DNA of 64,000 nt from IMG/VR virus record IMGVR_UViG_3300025949_000019, positions 1 through 64,000 of that record. One strand, written 5' to 3'. Both the position numbers and the translations under genes were made by a program. Below the pieces are notes generated by a model. The model ran no database searches. It saw only the letters and a program-made list of their open reading frames with translations, and was not told where the DNA came from. Origin of the DNA: a virus. This document shows positions 34,534-43,706 of this stretch, one piece after another (position 1 is the stretch's first letter; each line of letters opens with the position of its first letter).

Positions 34534-36276
34534 ATGGAAAATTTCTTCTTTGGAAAAGCTGGATTGATTCCTTGGATTGGGATCGTAGAAAGACGAAATA
34601 GCGATGATCTAAGGATTGGTCGCTGTAAGGTCAGGGCTTTCTTTCACCACAGCGGTGACACATCAGAAATGTCAACGGATTCGCTTCCCGATGCATATCC
34701 ACTAGAACCATTGACAGGAACATTCTGGGCAACAGCGAAGGAAGGTGATACTGTTTTTGGTTATTTCTTGGACGAAAAGAAACAATCAATGCTAATTGTT
34801 GGAAAATTGCCTGTTGCTCTCCAAAATGAAGTCAATCATCCAGAAGGTTCTGGTTTCAAGGATGCAAGAACAAGTGCAGAGCTAGCCTCGTTTCCAAGAC
34901 AGATTTTCAAGACATACAGATATTCACCTAATGGTGTCGATGCACAGGAACTAGACAAGGCTGCAAAATATCCTCCATATGGCTCAGACAAAGCCTCAAT
35001 ACCATTTTTGTCAAGAGCAGACGAGGCTGCAATTCCATCCCAGATTTCTCCAGATTCTAGAAAAGCCCAAGCCTCCGGAACTAGATACAACACAGCCGAT
35101 GGTAAGACATGGTTTGAATTGCCAACTGTCTGGTCTGCGAAGTATCCTTTCAATCATGCATACGAATCAGAATCACTTCATGTCATGGAGTTCGATGATT
35201 CGCCTGGCTCCGAGAGAGTTTCCCTGCACCACAGAATAGGCTCTGGTTTTGAGTTTTTCCCTGATGGTTCTGTTGTCTATAAAAATATGAAGGACGGTTA
35301 TGAGGTGACATTGGGGAACAAGAAAATCGGTATCTCTGGTGATTGTGATGTTCACATCAAAGGTAACAGGACATTGCTGATAGATGGTAACCTGACACAA
35401 CACGTTTCTGGTGACTATTTTCTATCGGTTGACGGTCAGATGAAGACACTTATTAGAGGAAATGAGACAAGAAACATAGGTGCAGACAGCAAGACTTCTA
35501 TTCAGGGAGATTTTGTCAACAAGGTGGCTGGTCAGCTATGGTTGCAGGGAAGCAAGATACAGGAAAATTCTTCATCTACACCAGACGTAGATGAAATCCA
35601 TGACTTTGATCTACCGTCGTTACCAGCAAACACAATTGAAAACACATCGAAATTGATTTCTATTACAGGCACAGAAGTTGCAGCACACGATGATACATTC
35701 AAGGTTGCAGGAGGCGGTTCAGGTGAAGTTGTGACCACAAACAAGCTAACACCAGCGCCAACGACATGTCCTGTCGTGAAGGATTCAACGACTGCATTTA
35801 CTGATGGCGATTCACGTTACAGAATGCAGCTTTCGAAATATTACCAATTGGCTGATTTGACAATTCGCCCACCATATCCTCATGCAATTGCAGATCAAAA
35901 TGGCTTGAGTCAGGCTGATATAATTTGCAACCTAGCAGCACTTTCATTGCAGATCATAGATCCAATCTCCGCTCAATTTCCCGGTTCTCAGATCAATTCA
36001 GGATTCAGGGCTTTAACTGATGGTAAGTCACAACACGAATCGGGTGAGGCTGTTGATTTGCAATGGCCATCAATAACTGCTGGTTCATTGTCTAAATACC
36101 TAGAGATTGCAAACTGGATAAAAGACAATCTACCATTTGATCAATTGATTCTAGAGCATGGAACAACATGCTGGATTCACGTCTCAATGTCTAGAACAAA
36201 GACAAATAGAAAAGTAACCTTGACTCAGATAAATGGAACATACTATCCAGGTCTTTCAATGTTTGGGAGGATATAA
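34534..36276 (+). CDS. gp5: baseplate central spike gp5 with C-terminal peptidase M15A-like domain
   Basis: OB fold W.G.VE...GRCKVR, YPFNH..ESES.H..EFDD.PG.ER, beta-helix repeats; C-terminal SGFR...SQH..GEAVD...WIHVS. Confidence 0.88.
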   Translation: MENFFFGKAGLIPWIGIVERRNSDDLRIGRCKVRAFFHHSGDTSEMSTDSLPDAYPLEPLTGTFWATAKEGDTVFGYFLDEKKQSMLIVGKLPVALQNEVNHPEGSGFKDARTSAELASFPRQIFKTYRYSPNGVDAQELDKAAKYPPYGSDKASIPFLSRADEAAIPSQISPDSRKAQASGTRYNTADGKTWFELPTVWSAKYPFNHAYESESLHVMEFDDSPGSERVSLHHRIGSGFEFFPDGSVVYKNMKDGYEVTLGNKKIGISGDCDVHIKGNRTLLIDGNLTQHVSGDYFLSVDGQMKTLIRGNETRNIGADSKTSIQGDFVNKVAGQLWLQGSKIQENSSSTPDVDEIHDFDLPSLPANTIENTSKLISITGTEVAAHDDTFKVAGGGSGEVVTTNKLTPAPTTCPVVKDSTTAFTDGDSRYRMQLSKYYQLADLTIRPPYPHAIADQNGLSQADIICNLAALSLQIIDPISAQFPGSQINSGFRALTDGKSQHESGEAVDLQWPSITAGSLSKYLEIANWIKDNLPFDQLILEHGTTCWIHVSMSRTKTNRKVTLTQINGTYYPGLSMFGRI

Positions 36277-36281
36277 GATAT

Positions 36282-36920
36282 ATGCCAGGAGCAGCACGAA
36301 CGTACAAAAATTACATGATCAAATTTCCCAATGAAAAAGTTTATGTGGGCTATACTTCAACCAGTATGGAAGATAGGCGTAAAGCTCACAAGAGGGATAT
36401 GAAGTTAAATAGACCCGTATCAAATGCTCTCAAGAAGTATGGATTTGAAAATGTAAATTGGCAAATCATTGCGGAGTTTGATAATGAGCATGATGCTCTA
36501 GAAAATGAAAAGAAGTTAATTGAAGAATACAATTCTAGAGACATAAATTTTGGATATAATGTGTCTGTTGGAGGTGAAACTTTTCCAACCGGTTTTAATG
36601 GATCATATTGGATGGAAGGAAAAACTGAAGCTGAAATTAAATCGATTAATAAGAAGAAGGGAAAACCAGGCGAAACAAATCCATTTTACGGTAAGAAACA
36701 TTCAAAAGAGTCTATGGATAAGATGGTAGCTAAAAGACGAGCTAGTGGTTCTTATGATATCCCATCTTGCTCCATCCCTATAATTTATGACGGAATAGAA
36801 TATAAAACTAAGAGTCATATGAGGCGTGCTACCGGTATAAGTAGAAATAAACAAAACAAATTAATATCAGAAGGAATTGCTACATTGAAAGCTCAGATCA
36901 ATGGTAAGGAGGTTAACTAA
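36282..36920 (+). mobile_element. free-standing GIY-YIG homing endonuclease (Seg/I-TevI-like) fused to the first six PAAR codons
   Basis: KNY...YVG, R...H, E, GYN catalytic motifs; NUMOD3 NPFYGKKHS.ES; begins MPGAAR. Confidence 0.88.
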
Positions 36921-37214
36921 TGCCCGGGGCATCTCGTTTTGGCGATCTTTGCTCTGGGCATTAGTTGCCATGGTTGTTATCCGTCACGTCCAAACATCTC
37001 CGCATCAGATGATGTGTTTGTAAATGATATTGGTTCTCACAGGGTTTCTGACCAGTGGGACGTTCATTGTTGCAAGCTTTGTCACGGCGGGTCCACGATA
37101 GAGGGTTCGCCAGATGTGTTTGTGAATGACCTGCCAAAGGCACGCATTGGTGATGCAGTTGATTGTGGTTCAATGATTCTAGAAGGTTCCGATGACGTAT
37201 TGGTGAATGAATGA
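36920..37214 (+). CDS. gp5.4: PAAR spike-tip protein gp5.4 interrupted by a 10-nt insertion (36962-36971); candidate ribosomal bypass
   Basis: SD TAAGGAGGT then MPGASRFGDLCSGH-TAG; resumes GCYPSRP...VFVN...ARIGD.VDCG in the +1 frame; removing 10 nt gives a 94-aa PAAR protein. Confidence 0.85.
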
Positions 37215-38893
37215 TTCCTAATTTCCTAACAGATACATTTTCTTCAGTAGCCGGTGAGTTTGCAAACTCCTCGGGTCCATTTATTGAAGGGCTTGACTTT
37301 GATGCAAGCCAGTTTCCATCAGATTTGGTTAATCTACCATCTGAATTGAATATTCAGAAGTTAAATCCATTCCAGTCTGACATGGTTAAGACCATCCTAA
37401 CAGAGAATGGCCGTGCTGAATTGTTCACAAATCCTCACACGCAAGATATTCTTGCAGTCAGGACACGATTAAACAATCTTCTAAATTCGCCTGGTGCGAA
37501 TGCAACTGGTGTCGATCTATCAATTTCACTAGGACCGTCCGTGACTGATCTTCTAGAGACAATAGATCACTTCGAATCTCACACCGATAGACTGTCTGGA
37601 GTCATTGAGCCAGACACAAAAACAGCAGCATTACCAACACTAGAGCGAGCCTTGGCTGTTGGCAGCAGCATCAATCACATTCACAAGGTTCTAGATATAG
37701 ACCTAAAGCCAACAAATTCACCAGTCCTGTCATTGTTTGGATCGCTGTTTGCAGGGAAAACTCATTTTGATAATCTGAAGACAATCCTCGCAAAGCCCGA
37801 CTCCGATATCCTACCAGAAGATTTGAATGGCATTTCCCAATCGTTGACTACCTTGGCTGAAAACGATGTTAAAAACTACACCGTTGCTGTCAAGAAACTA
37901 AAGAGAATTGGTGTTGCAAACATGGTCTTCGGCATGAAGGACAAGCCAGTAGAGGCTAATATCATTTCATTGGTCACGACTTCGTTTTCGAAAGGTTTGT
38001 TCCAGAATGATACGACAAAAAGGGATGCGGATCAGGTTGCAACAACACAGAAACGTCTTGAGATTCAGGCTGCATCCAGAGCAAATACTGTCTCGTACAA
38101 CCAGGAATTCAAGGAAATTCCAGACTTATTCAGGGCTCATGGCTTATTTGAGGGAATTCCTATTACGTGGGATATCTATAAGAAAATCACAGACCAATAC
38201 CCATCAGACCAGCCAGGCTTGTTCAATTCATATCTGTCAACAGAAAGACTAACATCACCAGATCAACTCAGCATTTATTTCAATGCCCCATTTAAGTTTA
38301 AAAAAGGCAAGTTCTTATTGGCTATCTTCCAAGACTATGTAAGCCGCCAGGCTAAAAGTAACATCATTGGTCATGCGGACTGGTACTTTGGTGGCGTTCT
38401 GAAGTTTGGTTCGATATCTAAGATTCTACTAGACGAAGGTTGGTTTAATGGCTCAATAACAAATTCCCTAGGCGGTACAGTCGATGACAAGATAGAACCA
38501 CAGACATATGATAATGGCAATTGGAGGAGGGCGACCACAGATGAGGAAGCAAAACTGAAGGATTTCGTCGTGAACTACCCAAATGGTAATGTAAATGGCG
38601 TGAATGATGATTTGCTTCGCAGGATGAGATTCTATGTCTACGGGGCTCCATTTGACCTATATAACTGGATTGGTTCTAGATACTTGATTCCAGCAGACCC
38701 AACACTAACACCGCCAGGTCAGATTTACCAAGGTGGTATTTGGATTCCACCGCAGCCACCGAAGCCATGGCCACCGGGTGTTATCAATTACGTCCTATTC
38801 ACTGGCGGACCAAACGGAGCCCATTGGGACCCACAGTATGCTGCCTCTTGGACTGGTCACAGAGACCCATCAGACGCAATCCAACCATCATAA
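37211..38893 (+). CDS. hypothetical virion-associated protein
   Basis: 560-aa ORF coupled to gp5.4 (ATGA), Pro/Trp-rich C-terminus. Confidence 0.7.
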   Translation: MIPNFLTDTFSSVAGEFANSSGPFIEGLDFDASQFPSDLVNLPSELNIQKLNPFQSDMVKTILTENGRAELFTNPHTQDILAVRTRLNNLLNSPGANATGVDLSISLGPSVTDLLETIDHFESHTDRLSGVIEPDTKTAALPTLERALAVGSSINHIHKVLDIDLKPTNSPVLSLFGSLFAGKTHFDNLKTILAKPDSDILPEDLNGISQSLTTLAENDVKNYTVAVKKLKRIGVANMVFGMKDKPVEANIISLVTTSFSKGLFQNDTTKRDADQVATTQKRLEIQAASRANTVSYNQEFKEIPDLFRAHGLFEGIPITWDIYKKITDQYPSDQPGLFNSYLSTERLTSPDQLSIYFNAPFKFKKGKFLLAIFQDYVSRQAKSNIIGHADWYFGGVLKFGSISKILLDEGWFNGSITNSLGGTVDDKIEPQTYDNGNWRRATTDEEAKLKDFVVNYPNGNVNGVNDDLLRRMRFYVYGAPFDLYNWIGSRYLIPADPTLTPPGQIYQGGIWIPPQPPKPWPPGVINYVLFTGGPNGAHWDPQYAASWTGHRDPSDAIQPS

Positions 38894-38910
38894 ATACAAG
38901 ATAAACCATC

Positions 38911-39300
38911 ATGGCACAACCAACTTATAAAGATATCGATCTAAACTTCCTAGTTCATCCGGTCAAGAAAGATATCAACACGTTAACTGATGCAGATGCC
39001 ATCGTCGCTTCTGTAAGAAATCTGGTCCTAACCAACAGGTTTGAGACGCCATTCAATCCAGACGAAGGCTCCGACCTCAGAAGAATGCTTTTTGAGAACT
39101 GGTCGCCAGCCTTGGATGCTGTCATTGCACAGTTGATTGGCCAGGTTGTTCAGATTTATGAGCCGAGGGTGACACTTACTGAAATTGATGTAACCTTTGA
39201 TGAAGATGCAGGTGGCTACTTCATTGACATTAGATTCCTAATCAACACAATACCAAACAAAGTATTTCAAGGCTCGTTCTTTCTAGATAAAGCAAGGTAA
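38911..39300 (+). CDS. gp25: baseplate wedge subunit
   Basis: YKDIDL.F..HPV..D, SVRNL.LT...E.PF.P..G, YEPRV; CATAAATA at 38889. Confidence 0.93.
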   Translation: MAQPTYKDIDLNFLVHPVKKDINTLTDADAIVASVRNLVLTNRFETPFNPDEGSDLRRMLFENWSPALDAVIAQLIGQVVQIYEPRVTLTEIDVTFDEDAGGYFIDIRFLINTIPNKVFQGSFFLDKAR

Positions 39301-39302
39301 AA

Positions 39303-41360
39303 ATGACAACAAACGTCCTAAGAATAACAGAAATAGACTTCGATACCATCCTTGGTAATCTGAGAACATGGTTCCAATCCCAAGATCAGTTCAAGGACTA
39401 TGACTTTGAAGGCTCTGGTCTTTCAATTTTATTGAAGAACCTAGCGTACAATACACACTATAATGCCTTCTATCTAAACATGGCAGTCAATGAGGCGTTT
39501 ATTGGTGGCGCTATTGTTGCAAGGAACGTTTATTCTCATGCAAAGACATTGAATTATCTACCAGGTTCTAGGATAGCAGCAAAAGCTACTGTAGATGTTA
39601 CAATCACACCACCACCAAACTATTCATCTTCTGCTTTCACGATTCCAAAATACCAACAATTCGTTTCTTCTGCAATCGATGGAGTCTCATATTCATTTGT
39701 GACAACAGAATCCCTATTTGGTTCTAGGGTTACCTCGTTTGGCCAAGAGCCATTCCTATTTTCTGGTGTAATTTTGTCTCAGGGCGAACCAATCACAATA
39801 ACATATACTGTTGACCAAACAACAAATCCGAAGCTTCGTTTTGAGATTCCATCTGCAAATGTAGACATAAACACACTATCGGTTCAGACGCAAGAATCAG
39901 CATCAAATACATTGATAACAACATGGTCTGTTTCTAGTGACATTACCGCAATCGATTCTTCTACAAATGCATTCTTCCTAGAACGTGGATCAAACGGAAA
40001 CTATACTCTGTATTTCGGTGATGGTATCGTTGGTAAGAAGCCAAATACTGGCAATTTGTTGTTGGTCTCATATTTGGTAACAAATGGCCTAGAAGCAAAT
40101 AAGGCTCAATTCTTCACGATGCTGCCATTAGATAACGTAGCCTCTGTCTCTGTCTCTACTGTAGCGGCTGCGGCTGGTGGTGATGATGAGGAATCAATCG
40201 ATTCTATCAAAGCATCTGCGCCTATTTTCTATTCTACGCAAGGTCGAGCAGTCACGAAGGGAGACTTTGAAGTTACCATTAAGAAAGATTTCCCGGCTGT
40301 AGGTTCTGTTTCTGTCTGGGGTGGTGAGGAAAACAACCCACCTATTTACGGCAAAGTCTTTGTTGCACTTGCACCAAAGGAAGGATTCTTGATTTCTCAA
40401 GCCCAGAAGGACAGTATCGTTAAGAAATTAGTAGAGGAAAGAGTAACCGTCTCTATCAACCCAGAAATCAAGGACCCAGACTATACTTACGTCAGGTTGA
40501 AATCAACTGTGCAGTATGACAAACAAAAGACAAATCTAACAAAAGGCGTCCTTACGGATGCAATTAGAAATGCAATCATAGATTACAACGAAACCAATCT
40601 AAGAACATTCGATTCTAATTTTATCACATCTAAACTGGCAACCGCAATTGACGATTCGAACCCAGCTATTCTTGGTAATGACACTAGGGTTTTCCTAGAG
40701 AAAAGGTTTCTTCCTGTCATTGGTAGAAGTGGTACATACACCCTAAACTTCAATACAGAACTAAAGCGTGGAACTGTCATTGATAAACTAGGTTCAACAG
40801 TCTTCCAAATGTTAGACCCAAACGGTATTGAACAGAGCGTTTATTTCGAAGAAAAGCCATTGTCCTTTACTGGTATCGATGATATTGTTGTTACAAATCC
40901 GGGATCGCAATATCTTTCACCACCAGATGTTGTAATCACAGGTGATGGACAGGGTGCAACCGCGAGCGCAAGCATTGTGAATGGTATGGTCAAATCCATC
41001 AAGGTCACAAACAAGGGCGACTCTTACACGACCGCACTCGTCACATTGAATTCTGACACAGGGCTCGGAGCAACTGCGAAACCAGTCATTGCAGCACGCT
41101 ATGGGCAGCTAAGAATCTTCTATTACAATGATCTACAGCAAAAGGTGATTCTAGTTGAAAATGCAGGAACAATCGATTATCTTCTAGGCCAGATTGTGAT
41201 CACTTCATTCAATCCATCTAATTTCAGTCGTTATATTGCACTGTGGTTACAGACAGAGGAACCCATCATTCAATCAGTTAGAGGAAGCATTTTGATCATA
41301 GACACCTCTGATATTTCATCAATCAACATTAACTTGCAAGAATCGTCAGCATCTTCATGA
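39303..41360 (+). CDS. gp6: baseplate wedge subunit
   Basis: DFD.I..NL, DYDFEGS.LS, LAYNTHYNA, FGDG..GK, Q.RAVT..D, WGGEEN.PP.YGKV. Confidence 0.95.
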   Translation: MTTNVLRITEIDFDTILGNLRTWFQSQDQFKDYDFEGSGLSILLKNLAYNTHYNAFYLNMAVNEAFIGGAIVARNVYSHAKTLNYLPGSRIAAKATVDVTITPPPNYSSSAFTIPKYQQFVSSAIDGVSYSFVTTESLFGSRVTSFGQEPFLFSGVILSQGEPITITYTVDQTTNPKLRFEIPSANVDINTLSVQTQESASNTLITTWSVSSDITAIDSSTNAFFLERGSNGNYTLYFGDGIVGKKPNTGNLLLVSYLVTNGLEANKAQFFTMLPLDNVASVSVSTVAAAAGGDDEESIDSIKASAPIFYSTQGRAVTKGDFEVTIKKDFPAVGSVSVWGGEENNPPIYGKVFVALAPKEGFLISQAQKDSIVKKLVEERVTVSINPEIKDPDYTYVRLKSTVQYDKQKTNLTKGVLTDAIRNAIIDYNETNLRTFDSNFITSKLATAIDDSNPAILGNDTRVFLEKRFLPVIGRSGTYTLNFNTELKRGTVIDKLGSTVFQMLDPNGIEQSVYFEEKPLSFTGIDDIVVTNPGSQYLSPPDVVITGDGQGATASASIVNGMVKSIKVTNKGDSYTTALVTLNSDTGLGATAKPVIAARYGQLRIFYYNDLQQKVILVENAGTIDYLLGQIVITSFNPSNFSRYIALWLQTEEPIIQSVRGSILIIDTSDISSININLQESSASS

Positions 41361-43696
41361 TTTCATCGAATAATAAAGTCTCGCTGGTAGCACCGTCTCA
41401 GTTGCCAGCATTCGTTCAGGACGATTACCAGACATTCATCGCTTTTCTAGAAGCTTATTATGAGTTTTTAGAGCAAGATGGTGGTGTGAACTGGGGTCTA
41501 GACAAACTGAATTCAGCTTTTGATGTTGATGCAGCAATTGACCAATTCCTAGATCGCTTCAAGGATCAGTATCTAAATGGCTGGCCAGACGATATGCTAG
41601 CCGACAAAGCACTTGTCATAAAGAATATTAAGCAGTTTTATCTTTCTAAGGGAACTGAGAAGTCCATCAAATTTTTATTCAGGGCTCTTTTTGGTGAAGA
41701 TATTACAATTTTCTACCCAAACAGATCAATCCTGAAGGTCTCTGATGGAAAGTGGGTTAAGGAACAAGCACTCAGGATTACTGGTAACATCTTGAATATC
41801 TATACTGGTGATGGTAATACAGCATCATACATCATATCAGACACGGTAAATTCAAAGGCTAATTTGCATGTCTTCATCAATGAAACTGAGATTACACAGA
41901 ACAACTTCACATTGTCAGGTAGAACGGTAACATTGAGCCAAAATGTAGCAAACAATGACACACTAACAATCGACATTGAGGGTGCAGATTATAACAGGTT
42001 CGTCGGTCAACAAATCTTCGGCTCTCTATCGGAAGCAACAGCAATCGTAGAAAAATACAAGCAAGTCTTTGACAAGGGACAATTCTATAATGAACTAACT
42101 GTTACTGACTTAGCAAAAGCTTTTGTTATTGGTGAGAATGCGTATACATTCTTTATAGACGATGAAAATAACATCTCAATCAAAATAGCAGTTCCAATTA
42201 CATCGTCTGTTATTGACGTTGAAATTGTTTCCGGTGGAACCTTCTATAATGTTGGTGACCCTCTTGTCTTCACATCTAATGTTGGTTCTGGTGCGGAAGC
42301 CTTCGTGGCTAGCATCTTCCGATCAGGTATCCGATCATTAGAAGTCCTTGCGAAAGGTGCTGGATTTGAACCTGGTGTTTTCTTTAACATAACAGGCGGT
42401 GGTGGAACTGGTGCTGTTATTCAATTAAATGGTGTCGATTCTAGTGGCTTCACACATCCAAACACATACAATGTCACGACTGATATCATTCACACATATG
42501 CAAACACACCGATTAATTCAAACACATATGGATTCCCAGCCTTTGCAAACGCAAACCTAAACACTTTGCTTTCTCAGTCATTCCAATACCAACAATATGG
42601 TCTTTGTGGTCCAGTTGATCCTACGCAAGTCCTGATTATAACTGAGGGACAAGATTATAGTGCACCACCTACGATTAAGCTACCAGTGCCAATCTTTGAA
42701 GTAAACGTAGCAGGAAATACAGCTAACGTTGCAATGACAGACTTTGGCATTCTAGGATCATTAAAGATCATAAATGGTGGTTCTGGATATGCAGTAGGTG
42801 ACGAAGTTATCTTCACAAACCAACCAGGATCATCTGGACAGGATGCAGCGGCGGCTGTCACTTCAGTCTCCGCGACGGGTGGTATTGCAAAGATTGATTT
42901 TCAACCACCAAGAATAAGCGGAACAGCAAATATATCTGCTGGTTCTAACGTAGTCTTGGGAATTGGTACTGCATTTTCAAATGCAATAACAGCTAATGCT
43001 AAGATCATGATCAACAATGAAAGTCAGATAGTCAAGACCGTTGTCAACGCAAATTCAATTATTATCTTCGGCACTTGGGCTAACTCTGCAAACAATAAGA
43101 AAATTGGCGTCTATGGGAGGAATTTCATTGGCGGCTCTGGTTATCACATGGGTGAATTGCCAACTATTTCTCTTTCATCTGTTGGCGGCGTAGATGCAAA
43201 TGTGGTCTGTGATGCAGTCATTGGTGACGGTGATGATGTTCGTGTTTCATCCCTACAACCTGTTGGTAAGATAAGGACAATCAAAGTAAGTCAAGGTGGT
43301 AGAGGCTATCTTGAACCACCTCTGGTTGACCTAACAATGAGCGGTGACGGAACGGCTAATGTCATTGCAGAAATTGCCGGAGGAATGTTCCAATATCCGG
43401 GAAGATACAAAAATGAAGACGGTTTGCTGTCTGGCACAAATAAGATTCATGATCGTGATTTTTACCAATTGTATTCCTATGTCATTCAATCCAAGAATAC
43501 ACTAGACAAGTATGAAAAAATTCTGAAACAACTAGCTCACCCTCTTGGTATGAAGCAATTTGCAGAGGTTGAAGTCGGCTTCGCGGAAGTGTCGCCAACC
43601 GATTCCACCAACGTATTCTCATACGGTGCTGTAACCGAAAACAAGTTCTTGAAATTGTCAATTAGCGGCAAGGCTAACACTCATAAGACTCCATAA
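41357..43696 (+). CDS. gp7: baseplate wedge initiator (gp7-like)
   Basis: QLP.FV.DDY..F..FL.AYYEFLE, FY.SKGT..S, SDGKW, D..FYQ.YSYVI, HP.G. Confidence 0.8.
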   Translation: MISSNNKVSLVAPSQLPAFVQDDYQTFIAFLEAYYEFLEQDGGVNWGLDKLNSAFDVDAAIDQFLDRFKDQYLNGWPDDMLADKALVIKNIKQFYLSKGTEKSIKFLFRALFGEDITIFYPNRSILKVSDGKWVKEQALRITGNILNIYTGDGNTASYIISDTVNSKANLHVFINETEITQNNFTLSGRTVTLSQNVANNDTLTIDIEGADYNRFVGQQIFGSLSEATAIVEKYKQVFDKGQFYNELTVTDLAKAFVIGENAYTFFIDDENNISIKIAVPITSSVIDVEIVSGGTFYNVGDPLVFTSNVGSGAEAFVASIFRSGIRSLEVLAKGAGFEPGVFFNITGGGGTGAVIQLNGVDSSGFTHPNTYNVTTDIIHTYANTPINSNTYGFPAFANANLNTLLSQSFQYQQYGLCGPVDPTQVLIITEGQDYSAPPTIKLPVPIFEVNVAGNTANVAMTDFGILGSLKIINGGSGYAVGDEVIFTNQPGSSGQDAAAAVTSVSATGGIAKIDFQPPRISGTANISAGSNVVLGIGTAFSNAITANAKIMINNESQIVKTVVNANSIIIFGTWANSANNKKIGVYGRNFIGGSGYHMGELPTISLSSVGGVDANVVCDAVIGDGDDVRVSSLQPVGKIRTIKVSQGGRGYLEPPLVDLTMSGDGTANVIAEIAGGMFQYPGRYKNEDGLLSGTNKIHDRDFYQLYSYVIQSKNTLDKYEKILKQLAHPLGMKQFAEVEVGFAEVSPTDSTNVFSYGAVTENKFLKLSISGKANTHKTP

Positions 43697-43706
43697 ATAA
43701 ACTGAT

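Noticed and set aside
36962-36964. Amber read-through or TAG reassignment
   Set aside because: Read-through stays in a non-PAAR frame and stops at TGA about 15 codons later; TAG terminates many normal genes here and no suppressor tRNA is seen.
36282-36971. Group I intron carrying the endonuclease
   Set aside because: The ORF fills the space between the two PAAR starts; there is no room for, or sign of, a P/Q/R/S ribozyme core.
36939-37214. Track ORF starting at TTG 36939 as the real PAAR gene
   Set aside because: No SD at a usable distance, and its N-terminus (MAIFALGIS) lacks the first RxGD PAAR motif, which is encoded in the other frame behind a perfect SD.
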